Shown here piece by piece: positions 35,188-45,033 of a stretch of 64,000 nt of DNA. A program made the translations under genes and the position numbers. Every line of letters starts with the position of its first letter. The first letter of the stretch is position 1. The notes beneath the pieces are model-generated. The model had not been told where the DNA came from. It did no database searches and worked only from the letters and a program-made list of their open reading frames with translations. The DNA is taken from NCBI GenBank assembly GCA_044352465.1, contig JBILDU010000004.1:427-64426 (forward strand), read 5' to 3'. Origin of the DNA: Bdellovibrionota bacterium. GTDB taxonomy: Bacteria; Bdellovibrionota_C; UBA2361.

Positions 35188-37048
35188 GGCGCGCAAAATA
35201 TTCGACGACCGGTACGAGATCCTCTCGATCGTCGGCCGGGGTGCGTGCAGCGTCGTCTATCACGCCCGCCACGCGATGGCCCCCTCGAGCGAGGTTGCGC
35301 TCAAAGTCCTCATCAAGAAGGGCCACAATCAGGCGCTGACCGGCGACAAGCTCCGCAAAGAGGCGCTCGCCATGGTGTCGTGCCGCCACCGTTTCGTTGT
35401 CCGACTCGATGACTTTCACACCGTGGGAGATCTCTCGTATCTCTCGATGGAATACGCACCTCATTCCGATCTCCGCAAATTCGCCGCGACCGTGGGGAAT
35501 AAACTCTCCCCCAAACTCGGGGAGCTTTATCTTCTTCAATCCGCCGAGGCGCTCGGCTTTATCCACAAAGCTGGCGTCATCCACCGCGACATCAAACCGG
35601 ACAATATCCTTGTCATTAACGAAAAGGAGTGTCGCCTCGCCGACTTCGGTGTGGCGGTCTTACCGGGAGAGGAATCATCCCTCGAAGAGCTTCAGCAAGG
35701 TGTCGGCACGATGGCGTATATGGCGCCAGAGGTACTGGAGGGCACGGGCTACGATCAACGCTCCGATGTTTACTCGCTGGGGGTGACGTTCTACGAGCTT
35801 TTAACCGGGCGACACCCCTTCGAAGGAGCCGCACTGGCTGAGCAGGTGGAGATCCGTCGTGATGGCACGATCGCCTCGCCGCATGAGTTAAACGGGGAGG
35901 TGCCCCTCTACGTCTCCAACGCAATTATGCAAGCGCTGGCTTACGATCCCGCGCGACGCTTCCCGACCGGCAAGGAATTCCAACAGACTATCCTCGTCAA
36001 TCGAGCCCAGATGAAGCTCGACCCTGTGAGCGCTGACACTATGCCGTCGCGAGGAGGTGCGCCGCGCCCACCTCAGAGCTCCCCCCTCAGCCCCCCAACG
36101 GGATCGCGTGACGGGGGGGGCTCCGTTGCGCTCGAGCGTACCCCGCCGCCTGTAGAACTCCGCACGGCACCGTCGCTGAGTTCCCCCACCGGCGGCACCG
36201 GTGCACTCGCCTCGCTGAGCGAGCCTCCCCGCATGACAGCGAATGGGGAAGCGCTGACGGTTGCAGCTCCGATCCTTGCGGCAGCTCCAGAAGCCGCGCC
36301 GCGAACCTTCGCCGCCGCAGCTCTCGCCGGGACCGACCAGGCGAATACAGCTCCACCCACATCGCGCGCACACATTACCTCACCACCACGGCGGGAGGTC
36401 AAAGATCTCCTCGGGCCAAAAGCGGCACCGCGTGATCAGATAGATCAAAAAGGACCGGAACAGTTGAAAGAGAAGAAAGGTAAACGATCGCCCCAAAAGC
36501 TTGACCAACGCGACAAACCGAAAAAAGTCTCGGCGCTCTCGCACAAGGATCCGAGGAAATCGTTCCTGATGGCTGTATCGATCGCTGTCTTTATGGTCAT
36601 CCTCATGTACGGTAATATTTTCCTCAAGAAGCACTACAATATCGACATCGCCCAGAAGATCATCGCCCTCTCGACGGGCGGAGAAGCGGCGCACGCGCCG
36701 TTCATTCCGCAATACCAAGCCGCGGAACTCGCGTTTCCGGCGCTGCCCCCCGGCGTATACGCCGGCACGATAACCGGACTTATCCCCGGAGTGACCACAC
36801 CCCTCTCGATTATGTCGTTCTCAGAGCAAGGATTCATGGTATTCCTCCCTGCGGTCGAGGGATGGAGCCCCACGATGGTTGCACTTGAGAACCTGCCGGA
36901 CGAGGGCCCCACCACGTTGCGGGTGAGTTCAAACGGATTCATCCTTGAACTCTCCGGACAGGTGGTCGAGGGAGAGATCGTTGGCTACGCTAAGAACATG
37001 CTCTCCGGTGACCAAGGTGAGTGGCGGGTTCGACCGGTCGGGAAGTAA
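35174..37048 (+). CDS. Hanks-type Ser/Thr protein kinase with Pro-rich linker, TM segment and extracytoplasmic C-terminal domain
   Basis: GRGACSVVY, ALKVL, HRDIKPDNILV, DFG and APE motifs. TM segment FLMAVSIAVFMVILMYGNIFL. It overlaps the FHA gene by 14 nt. Confidence 0.9.
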   Translation: MADSKARKIFDDRYEILSIVGRGACSVVYHARHAMAPSSEVALKVLIKKGHNQALTGDKLRKEALAMVSCRHRFVVRLDDFHTVGDLSYLSMEYAPHSDLRKFAATVGNKLSPKLGELYLLQSAEALGFIHKAGVIHRDIKPDNILVINEKECRLADFGVAVLPGEESSLEELQQGVGTMAYMAPEVLEGTGYDQRSDVYSLGVTFYELLTGRHPFEGAALAEQVEIRRDGTIASPHELNGEVPLYVSNAIMQALAYDPARRFPTGKEFQQTILVNRAQMKLDPVSADTMPSRGGAPRPPQSSPLSPPTGSRDGGGSVALERTPPPVELRTAPSLSSPTGGTGALASLSEPPRMTANGEALTVAAPILAAAPEAAPRTFAAAALAGTDQANTAPPTSRAHITSPPRREVKDLLGPKAAPRDQIDQKGPEQLKEKKGKRSPQKLDQRDKPKKVSALSHKDPRKSFLMAVSIAVFMVILMYGNIFLKKHYNIDIAQKIIALSTGGEAAHAPFIPQYQAAELAFPALPPGVYAGTITGLIPGVTTPLSIMSFSEQGFMVFLPAVEGWSPTMVALENLPDEGPTTLRVSSNGFILELSGQVVEGEIVGYAKNMLSGDQGEWRVRPVGK

Positions 37049-37070
37049 TACCTCAAGAGAATTTCGGCCT

Positions 37071-37667
37071 ATGAAGATATCGCGACGACTTATTTCCGCA
37101 ACAGTAACGCATCTGGCGTTGCTTGCAGCGGTGGTCGGTTTTACCACAGCCCTCCCGTACTCAGCCTGGGGTGAGGGCGAAAATAATTCTAAAAAAGGGG
37201 TCGGCGTGAAGCATATTCCTCCCCGCGCCCAAGATCTGCCCGTACCGGGAGCTCCACTCAAGCTGAGTTTTCAGCTCACCAATACCCGCGAGATCACCCA
37301 ACTCGTGACGGCGCTCGTGACCGTCGACGGGGAACTCATGAACGTGCTTGGCTCAGAGGGTTATCTGAACGAATACGACAATCCAGCGTTCGAAATTGCA
37401 ACGATCGCCCCACTGGGAGAGCTCGCCTATCAGCTCGTTGTCAGAGCGCAAGATGGTTCGCTCGTTACCTCGAAGCGCTATGCGGTCCGGCGAAACTGCC
37501 TCCCGAGCGTCGATCTCACCGATGTCGCGATTCCGGAAAAAACTCAAGGGCGGGAGAAGTTAGAGTTAATCATCCAGAAGACCAAGGGGCTCGAGCGAGA
37601 CCTTGGGACCCTCGAACAGGCGCTCCGTACCGGCACTAAACTGAAGGAGTTGCTCGAAGATGAATAG
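37071..37667 (+). CDS. Secreted hypothetical protein (beta-rich domain plus C-terminal coiled coil)
   Basis: Signal-like MKISRRLISATVTHLALLAAVVGF. It lies immediately downstream of the kinase. Confidence 0.5.
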   Translation: MKISRRLISATVTHLALLAAVVGFTTALPYSAWGEGENNSKKGVGVKHIPPRAQDLPVPGAPLKLSFQLTNTREITQLVTALVTVDGELMNVLGSEGYLNEYDNPAFEIATIAPLGELAYQLVVRAQDGSLVTSKRYAVRRNCLPSVDLTDVAIPEKTQGREKLELIIQKTKGLERDLGTLEQALRTGTKLKELLEDE

Positions 37668-38373
37668 ATTTTTCGCGCAGCTGAGCCTCTTTCTCGCCGC
37701 GTTCGGTGTGACGAGCGCAGGGGCTGAGAGCAACACCATCATGATCGCCGTTGAAGCACCGTTTGAGCCGACGAGCGCGGTGGGGCTTATTATCAACGAG
37801 ACCGCCACGATTCAGAAGACCGACGCGACTTTTTCGCGGGGAAAGCACAATGAGATAATCGTGGCATTCCCCTTTCGTGAAGCCGAGGCGAAGGGTGGCG
37901 CGATGGCAACCGCCATGGTTATCGCTGAAGATGGCATGATGGCTTTTGGAGAGATGAAGCCGATCGAATCGGCGGAGCAACGGATGGTGGCAAGTGAGCT
38001 TCCGGATTGCCCACCCGAGAAGATGAAAACGGTGGGGCTCGAGAGTCAGATGGGATTACTACAGAAACTGCTCGACGTCCGCGCCGCCCGGCGTGCCAAC
38101 GTGCAGACGCAGATCAAAGATCTACTCACTCCGGAGTTTCGTAGCCAACTCGAGAAATTAGAGAAAGGGTTCGGATACGTCAACGCGAGGCCTCTATCCG
38201 AGAACCTTCCGCCACTCGAGTTAAACGAACGTTTGAGCCGTATCACGGCAGCGCTCCTCGACTATCGAGGTGCTAAAAAGCGCGCGGAGGCGGCTCAAAG
38301 CGCGGCGGCACAAGCGGCCACCGAAAAAGCCGCTGCGGAAGCGGCCACCATGGCGGAAACTGCACCCGAGTGA
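37660..38373 (+). CDS. Secreted hypothetical protein (similar architecture, Ala/Glu-rich tail)
   Basis: Signal peptide MNRFFAQLSLFLAAFGVTSAGA. It overlaps the previous gene by 8 nt. Confidence 0.5.
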   Translation: MNRFFAQLSLFLAAFGVTSAGAESNTIMIAVEAPFEPTSAVGLIINETATIQKTDATFSRGKHNEIIVAFPFREAEAKGGAMATAMVIAEDGMMAFGEMKPIESAEQRMVASELPDCPPEKMKTVGLESQMGLLQKLLDVRAARRANVQTQIKDLLTPEFRSQLEKLEKGFGYVNARPLSENLPPLELNERLSRITAALLDYRGAKKRAEAAQSAAAQAATEKAAAEAATMAETAPE

Positions 38374-38406
38374 TTCCAAAGCGTCAACGTTCCCCGACAC
38401 CCCACG

Positions 38407-39348
38407 ATGGACGATCTGGCCCGACTCGTAGAAGCTCTCACCACCGTGCGACACGAGTGGTGCTATCTCGATGAGCGTGAGTGCCCTCCAACCATCACCG
38501 CTGCGCTTTGTGCCGAGCTTCCGACCACACCCCGCGAGGAAATCGCGACCCAACTCGCCGCGGGCGCCGTATACGTCAACGGCCAGCGCGTCGAGACGGA
38601 CCGTCCCCTGACACCACCCGTAAGGCTTGAATACTTCGAGCCGAAAATACCCCTCGCCGATGAGCCCTGTTTCGACGAGCGCTGGGTGGTATTCGAAGAT
38701 GACGACCTCCTCGCCATCGTGAAGCCAGCCGGACTCACGGCGATGCCCGCTCGCGATCAACGCTACCGCAACCTCAAGGCGCTCATTGAGAAACGCCTCG
38801 GCACCCCGGTGCATATGCCCTCACGACTCGACACCTCGACGATGGGGCTCGTGGTGGTCAGTAAGACGCCGCGGATGCATCCACGCCTTCAACACGTGTT
38901 CGAGCGACGCTCAGTTGAAAAAACCTACCTCCTCGAAGTCTCCGGCGAGTGTGGCGCACAGGCGCAGACAGTTGATAATTATATTGGCCGCGACCCACGC
39001 CATCAGGTCCTGCGCCAGGTTGTGACGACCGGTGGTAAGCGGGCGATCACGACATTTCGAACGATTCGTCGCCGGCACCTGGTGCGGGATGACGGGACAA
39101 CGGCGACAGCCACCCTTCTCTGGGCGCAGCCCCTCACCGGGCGAACTCATCAGATTCGGGTGCATGCAGCCCATCTCGGCACACCGATTATCGGCGACAA
39201 CTTCTACGGCGGAGTCACAGCGTCGACCCTCCACCTCGCCTGCTACCGACTCACGTTTCTTCATCCGATGAGCGGAGCCCCACTGAGCCTGGAGATTCCG
39301 CCCACGCACACCCCTGCCTGGGTAGGAGAACTGCCTTCCTCGGCCTGA
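38407..39348 (+). CDS. RluA-family pseudouridine synthase
   Basis: The HMPSRLDTSTMGLVVV catalytic-Asp motif and the RTHQIRVH motif. Confidence 0.85.
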   Translation: MDDLARLVEALTTVRHEWCYLDERECPPTITAALCAELPTTPREEIATQLAAGAVYVNGQRVETDRPLTPPVRLEYFEPKIPLADEPCFDERWVVFEDDDLLAIVKPAGLTAMPARDQRYRNLKALIEKRLGTPVHMPSRLDTSTMGLVVVSKTPRMHPRLQHVFERRSVEKTYLLEVSGECGAQAQTVDNYIGRDPRHQVLRQVVTTGGKRAITTFRTIRRRHLVRDDGTTATATLLWAQPLTGRTHQIRVHAAHLGTPIIGDNFYGGVTASTLHLACYRLTFLHPMSGAPLSLEIPPTHTPAWVGELPSSA

Positions 39349-39393
39349 TCGCCATCATCCGAGTTCGCAATAAGGGGTGGCATATCAAAGCGG

Positions 39394-40539
39394 ATGTCGG
39401 ATCGCTCTCGTACTCAGGCCGTCGTGTGGTTCCTCGGCGGAGCGGTGCCAGCGCTTGCGCTCGGGTTGGTTCTTGGACCGATGCTTTCCCACCTCGCCCT
39501 TGAGCGCACCGTCACAACCGCCGAGCTTGTCACCGTTTCGGCGTGTGCACTGCTCGCTCTCTGCGGCAGCATCGGAGGATGGGTCGCGGCTTCGACGCTG
39601 CACCGTTCACTTCTCAAACGGGATCTCGAGACAGCCCGAAGCTGGATCGAACTGGTCGGTCGAAACGGGTTCGACCGAACGGCGGTTCATCAGCCGACAT
39701 CTCCAACGCTCCGCACGCTCCTCGCCCCACTCGACCGGGCGGGTGCTGCGATCAGCCAACAGCTCGACGACGCCCGCGCAAAGGTACGCGAGATGGAGGC
39801 CCACGCCGCTCATCTGGCGAAAGTCTACGACGAACTTGAACAGGTCAACTACATCATCACCCATCACCTTCACGAGCCACTTATTCGAATCACCACCTAT
39901 CTCGATATGTTCGGTCGCCAGATGCGCGGGAAGCTCGATCCACCCGCCACCCGCTTTCTCGAGTCGGTGCACTCCGGCGTGAAGCGAATCGAGGTCTTAA
40001 TCGAGGACCTGACCCTATATTCCCGTAGCGTGTATGGTCCCCCCGACCTCTACGAGGTCGACACCCAAGCTCTCGTCAGAAGTGTCATTGAGACGCTCGA
40101 CATTGAGGCGATCGAGGCCGGTGCGCGGATCGATGTTGGGGAACTACCATCGGTGTGGGCCAACCCAGACGAGCTCACGAAGGTATTCCGCCACCTCATC
40201 GCAAACGCGATCCGCTACCGCCGCGGGGACGCGCCGAAGATCGAAGTGCGGGCGCAACGCGGGGACGGAAAGACGATCTTCGAGGTTCAAGATAACGGTA
40301 TCGGCATCGACCCGCATTACCAGCGGTCGCTGTTCACTGTCTTCGAGCGGGTTCACACCGATGCCGCCTACGTCGGCAGCGGTATAGGGCTCGCTGTGTG
40401 TAAGAAGGTGATTGAGCACCACGGCGGCGAGATCGCTGTGCGTTCGGTCCTCGGCGAGGGCTCCACCTTCACCTTCTCCATCCCCGATTATCGGCCCCCC
40501 TCAGCACCCCGCCCCAACCCCGAAAAAACAGTGCATTAA
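39394..40539 (+). CDS. Sensor histidine kinase
   Basis: Two N-terminal TM segments, H-box ITHHLHEPL, N-box FRHLIANAIRY, and G-boxes DNGIGID and GSGIGLAVCKK. Confidence 0.85.
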   Translation: MSDRSRTQAVVWFLGGAVPALALGLVLGPMLSHLALERTVTTAELVTVSACALLALCGSIGGWVAASTLHRSLLKRDLETARSWIELVGRNGFDRTAVHQPTSPTLRTLLAPLDRAGAAISQQLDDARAKVREMEAHAAHLAKVYDELEQVNYIITHHLHEPLIRITTYLDMFGRQMRGKLDPPATRFLESVHSGVKRIEVLIEDLTLYSRSVYGPPDLYEVDTQALVRSVIETLDIEAIEAGARIDVGELPSVWANPDELTKVFRHLIANAIRYRRGDAPKIEVRAQRGDGKTIFEVQDNGIGIDPHYQRSLFTVFERVHTDAAYVGSGIGLAVCKKVIEHHGGEIAVRSVLGEGSTFTFSIPDYRPPSAPRPNPEKTVH

Positions 40540-40640
40540 ATGACTTACGCCGTCGGGGGCCGCTGCGCCCTCTCTATCCCTTTGAGCCGAATCGTGGTAC
40601 GAACTATCCCGGTTATTTATTAGTGAGAGGATCTTCTTCC

Positions 40641-42038
40641 ATGACCACTCAAGAGCGTGATCTCGTCGTTTTCGGTTCGGGCCCCGGTGGATATGTCGCC
40701 GCTATCCGGGCGTCGCAGCTCGGGCGCAAAGTCACGATCATCGAGCGTGAGGCGTTGGGAGGAATCTGCCTCAACTGGGGATGTATTCCTTCGAAGGCGC
40801 TCTTAAAGAGCGCGCAGCTCTACCACGATATGAAGCGCGCGGGGGACTTCGGTTTTGAGACTGGTCCGTTGAAGGTGGACTTCCCGAAGATCATGACCCG
40901 CTCGCGGGACGTGGCCGGTAAGCTCTCAAACGGCGTCGCCTACCTCATGCGGAAGAACAAGGTCGAAGTGATCATGGGGACCGGCAAGCTCGAGAAGGGC
41001 AACAAGATCTCAGTCAAAGACGCTGCCGGAAAGAGCACCACGTATTCTTTTAAAGATGTGATCATCGCTACCGGCGCCCGTCCCCGCCCGATGCCGGGGG
41101 TTGAGGTTGATGGAGATGTGATCCACACCTACCGCACACTCCTTGAGTATAAGCGGCTCCCGCAGAAGATGCTCGTCGTTGGTGCAGGTGCTATCGGTAT
41201 CGAATTTGCTTATTTTTATTCATCCCTCGGCACCCAAGTCACGGTGGTCGAGATGATGCCGCAGATCCTCCCCGCGGAGGACACCGAGATCGCCGATTCA
41301 TTAGAAAAGATCTTTAAGAAAAACGGAATGGCGATCAAGACCGGCGCCTCGGTCAGCGACATTAAAAAGAGCGGTAAGAACGTTTCCGCCACGATCAAGA
41401 CAAAGGATGGCGAAGAGAAGTGGAGCGGCGACCTGTGCCTCACCGCGATCGGCTTTGTCGGAAACGTCGATAACATCGGCCTCGAAGAGGTCGGAGTGAA
41501 GGTTGAAAAGGGCTGGATCGACGTCGATGAATTCATGCGCACCAACGTCCCCCATCACTTCGCCATCGGCGACGTGGCGGGTGGTCCGTGGCTTGCTCAC
41601 GTGGCGAGCCATGAGGGTATCATCGCCGCTGAATGCGCCGCCGGAAAGGCGAAGCACCCGATGAAGTACGACAACATCCCGGGCTGTACGTATTGCCAAC
41701 CTCAAGTCGCCTCGATCGGCATGACCGAGAAGGCGGCGAAAGATAAGGGCATTAAATACCGCACCGGCAAGATCCCGTTCTCAGCGATCGGTAAGGCGAT
41801 TGCAATCGGCGAACCGGACGGAATGATCAAGGTGATCATCGATGATGAAGTCGGCGAGGTGTTGGGGGTCCACATCCTCCACTCCGAAGCGACCGAGCTT
41901 ATCAGCGAAGCCGCGATCATCCGCTCCCACGAGGGAGTAGCGGCGAGCGTCGTAGAGACCGTCCACCCCCACCCGACCCTTTCGGAATCGATGATGGAGG
42001 CGATGGCGGCAGCGCTCGGGCGGCCGATTAACTTCTAA
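40641..42038 (+). CDS. lpdA: Dihydrolipoyl dehydrogenase (E3)
   Basis: GSGPGGYVAAI FAD motif, redox-active CLNWGCIPSK, and C-terminal HPHPTLSE. Confidence 0.92.
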   Translation: MTTQERDLVVFGSGPGGYVAAIRASQLGRKVTIIEREALGGICLNWGCIPSKALLKSAQLYHDMKRAGDFGFETGPLKVDFPKIMTRSRDVAGKLSNGVAYLMRKNKVEVIMGTGKLEKGNKISVKDAAGKSTTYSFKDVIIATGARPRPMPGVEVDGDVIHTYRTLLEYKRLPQKMLVVGAGAIGIEFAYFYSSLGTQVTVVEMMPQILPAEDTEIADSLEKIFKKNGMAIKTGASVSDIKKSGKNVSATIKTKDGEEKWSGDLCLTAIGFVGNVDNIGLEEVGVKVEKGWIDVDEFMRTNVPHHFAIGDVAGGPWLAHVASHEGIIAAECAAGKAKHPMKYDNIPGCTYCQPQVASIGMTEKAAKDKGIKYRTGKIPFSAIGKAIAIGEPDGMIKVIIDDEVGEVLGVHILHSEATELISEAAIIRSHEGVAASVVETVHPHPTLSESMMEAMAAALGRPINF

Positions 42039-42150
42039 GCGTAACGAAAGAAACAAGCGGCCCGCTGTATTCGTCAAGGAATGCAGCGGGCCGTTGTCAT
42101 TTGAGCCCCCTCCCCTTGATTCTCCCCCCTAACCTCACCACAATACTGGG

Positions 42151-42897
42151 GTGACGACCCCCACTTTAAAAGTTCTTCGTCTCGGCAGACGGCCGTACCG
42201 CGAGGTGTGGGATCTCCAGCGCTCTCTCCAACAAGCGCTGATGCGGGGCGAGGGCGAGGAAACGTTGATCCTCTGTGAACATGACCCGGTCATTACGATC
42301 GGTCGGAGCGCAAAGGCGGGTAACCTCATCGCCTCGCCGGAGAGTTTAGCGAAGCTCGGGATCGAAGCTATCGAGATCGAACGGGGGGGGGACATCACCT
42401 ATCACGGTCCCGGGCAGCTCGTGGCGTATCCCCTGCTTAACCTTAACAACCACCGCCGCGATGTGGGGTGGTATCTCCGGCTCCTCGAAGACGTCGTTAT
42501 AGATACCCTCCAAGCGTTTGGAATTACAGGACTTCGCTATTCGGGGCGGACCGGCGTGTGGACTCAAGTCCCGGAGAATGTTATAAATTTTTCGATTTTG
42601 GATGAGCCAAGCCAGCGCCCTTCGAGGCAACGGCCCACGAAGATCGCTTCCATCGGAGTACGCCTCTCAAGGTGGTGTACTCTCCACGGGTTAGCGCTCA
42701 ACGTCCTCAATTGCCGCTCAGGTTTTCAGTGCATTAATCCGTGTGGGTTTACCGATATCGACATTACGTCGATGGCGGAGGAGTTACCAAGCGAGCGATT
42801 CGAGGTGGTGCGGGTAGCGGAGGTCCTCCGTGACCGGTTCAAAGATCGATTTAGTTTCACGTCGTACGTTGAAGAGGTGAGAGATGGCGAGGAGTGA
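42151..42897 (+). CDS. lipB: Octanoyltransferase LipB
   Basis: ERGGDITYHGPGQLVAYP and KIASIGVRLSRWCTLHGLALNV. GTG start. There is an extra segment between GVW and KIA. Confidence 0.88.
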   Translation: MTTPTLKVLRLGRRPYREVWDLQRSLQQALMRGEGEETLILCEHDPVITIGRSAKAGNLIASPESLAKLGIEAIEIERGGDITYHGPGQLVAYPLLNLNNHRRDVGWYLRLLEDVVIDTLQAFGITGLRYSGRTGVWTQVPENVINFSILDEPSQRPSRQRPTKIASIGVRLSRWCTLHGLALNVLNCRSGFQCINPCGFTDIDITSMAEELPSERFEVVRVAEVLRDRFKDRFSFTSYVEEVRDGEE

Positions 42898-44974
42898 GAT
42901 GGCGGTAAGTGAATCCGTAATGAGCCAAACGAAAGTGGCTCGAAACGGTAACGGGGCGAGCAAAAAAAAGGCGCCCGGCGTCTCTCCCGAAACTCTCCTC
43001 AAGGCGTACCGTACCATGGTGCAAGCACGCCTCGTCGATGAAAAATCGATCGTTCTCTATAAGCAAAACAAATGTCACTTCCAGATCGGTGTTGCCGGAC
43101 ACGAGGCTGTTCAGGTTGCGACCGGGGCGGTTTTTCGGGCCAATAAAGACTGGTTCTACCCCTACTACCGCGACATGGCGCTGTGCGCCGCGCTCGGGAT
43201 GACGAACGAAGAGTTCATGTTAAACGTCATGAACAAAGCGGACGATCCGAATTCCCACGGCCGCCAGATGCCGATGCACTACGGGCACAAGGGCTTACGG
43301 ATCGTGAACCAAAGCTCGCCGACCGGCACGCAGTTCCTCCAGGCAGTCGGCTGCGCGCTTGGCGCGGTAGTCGAGAAACGGGACGAGGTGGTCTACGTCT
43401 CAGCCGGTGAAGGCACCTGTTCGCAGGGCGATTTCCACGAGGCGCTTAACTGGGCCGCGCGGGAGAAGCTCCCGGTTGTCTTCTGTATCCAGAACAACAA
43501 GTACGCTATCTCCGTGCACGTCTCAGAGCAGCTCGCGGGCGAAAGTGTGTATAAGCTCGTTGCGGGCTACGAGAACCTCGCTCGGGCAACGGTTGACGGC
43601 ACCGACTTCATCGCGTCGCTTGAGGTGATGGAGGAGGCGCATGCGCGGGCCCTTCGCGGCGACGGCCCAACCCTTATCGAGGCGCATGTACCACGGCTCC
43701 AAAGCCACTCGATCTCGGATAACCATTTAAAGTACCGCACCCAAGCGGACATCGACCAAGAGAAAGAGCGGTGTCCGATCGCGAAGATGCGCGCCTACCT
43801 CACGAAAGAAGGTGTCGCCACGGCGAAAGAGCTTGAGGCGATCGACCGCGAAGTGAAGAAAGAGGTCGACGCGGCGGCTGAGTGGGCCGAGGCCCAACCG
43901 GAGTGCGACCCGGCGGATGCGCTCAGATACAATTATATCAACACCGATCCAGCGAGCGCGTTTACCGAAGGTACCCCGACCGGCGAAGACACCTACATGG
44001 TCGACGCGCTTAACCACGCGCTCGATGAGGAGCTGGCGGCGAATCCCAATATGTACGTCTTCGGGCAAGACGTCGCTCACGGGAAAGGTGGTGTATTCAC
44101 CGTCACGACGGGGCTCACCGCGAAGCACGGGAAGGGGCGGGTGTTCAACGCGCCGCTAGCGGAAAGCTCGATTGCAGGTGTTGCGATCGGCATGGCGACC
44201 CGAGGCTTAAAGCCGGTCGCCGAGATCCAGTTCGGCGACTACGTCTGGACCGCGATGATGCAGATCCGAAACGAGCTCGCGATGATGCACTACCGCTCGG
44301 GTGGTGATTTCGCGTGCCCCGCGGTGCTCCGTATCCCCGTTGGTGGCTACATCCACGGCGCGGCGTACCACTCGCAGAACATCGAGGCGACGTTCGCGCA
44401 CTTTCCCGGTCTCTACATCGCCTACCCCTCGAACGCGACCGACGCAAAGGGGCTTTTGAAGGCGGCGATTCGGGGCACCGATCCGGTGCTGTTCCTTGAG
44501 CACAAGGGGCTTTACCGGCAGGTGTATGCGAAGGGGCCTGAGGGGGATAAAGACTGCGTCGTGCCGCTCGGCAAGGCGAAGGTCGTTCGCTCCGGCACCG
44601 ATGCCACGATCGTCACCTGGGGAGCTATCGTCAATAAGAGTCTCCTGGCGGCGAAGGAGCTGGAGAAAGAGGGCTACTCGATTGAGGTCATCGATCTCCG
44701 CACGATCGTGCCGTTCGATCGTGAAACCGTCTTCGAGAGCATCCGCAAAACAAACCGGGTGCTTATCGCCCACGAGGATGTGCAGTTCATGGGCTTCGGT
44801 GCCGAGATCGCGGCCCAAATCAGTAACGACTGCTTCACCTCGCTCGATGCGCCGGTGAAACGGGTCGGGATGAAGTACGCAGCGGCGGTGGCCCACTCAA
44901 GCTTTATCGAGAACGTGGTGTTGCCCCAGAACGAGGATGTGGTGAAGGCGACCCGCGAGCTCCTCGCGTTTTAG
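42884..44974 (+). CDS. 2-oxoacid dehydrogenase E1 component, fused alpha and beta subunits
   Basis: The N-terminal half has the TPP-binding E1-alpha pattern (GEGTCSQGDFHEALNWA). The C-terminal half is E1-beta / transketolase-like (FNAPLAESSIAG ... PVLFLEHK). Confidence 0.88.
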   Translation: MARSEMAVSESVMSQTKVARNGNGASKKKAPGVSPETLLKAYRTMVQARLVDEKSIVLYKQNKCHFQIGVAGHEAVQVATGAVFRANKDWFYPYYRDMALCAALGMTNEEFMLNVMNKADDPNSHGRQMPMHYGHKGLRIVNQSSPTGTQFLQAVGCALGAVVEKRDEVVYVSAGEGTCSQGDFHEALNWAAREKLPVVFCIQNNKYAISVHVSEQLAGESVYKLVAGYENLARATVDGTDFIASLEVMEEAHARALRGDGPTLIEAHVPRLQSHSISDNHLKYRTQADIDQEKERCPIAKMRAYLTKEGVATAKELEAIDREVKKEVDAAAEWAEAQPECDPADALRYNYINTDPASAFTEGTPTGEDTYMVDALNHALDEELAANPNMYVFGQDVAHGKGGVFTVTTGLTAKHGKGRVFNAPLAESSIAGVAIGMATRGLKPVAEIQFGDYVWTAMMQIRNELAMMHYRSGGDFACPAVLRIPVGGYIHGAAYHSQNIEATFAHFPGLYIAYPSNATDAKGLLKAAIRGTDPVLFLEHKGLYRQVYAKGPEGDKDCVVPLGKAKVVRSGTDATIVTWGAIVNKSLLAAKELEKEGYSIEVIDLRTIVPFDRETVFESIRKTNRVLIAHEDVQFMGFGAEIAAQISNDCFTSLDAPVKRVGMKYAAAVAHSSFIENVVLPQNEDVVKATRELLAF

Positions 44975-45033
44975 GTATTTTCCCCGCTGAAAGGTGGGTT
45001 TAGTCTGACAAAGGTCTTTTTTCGGAGAGTGAC

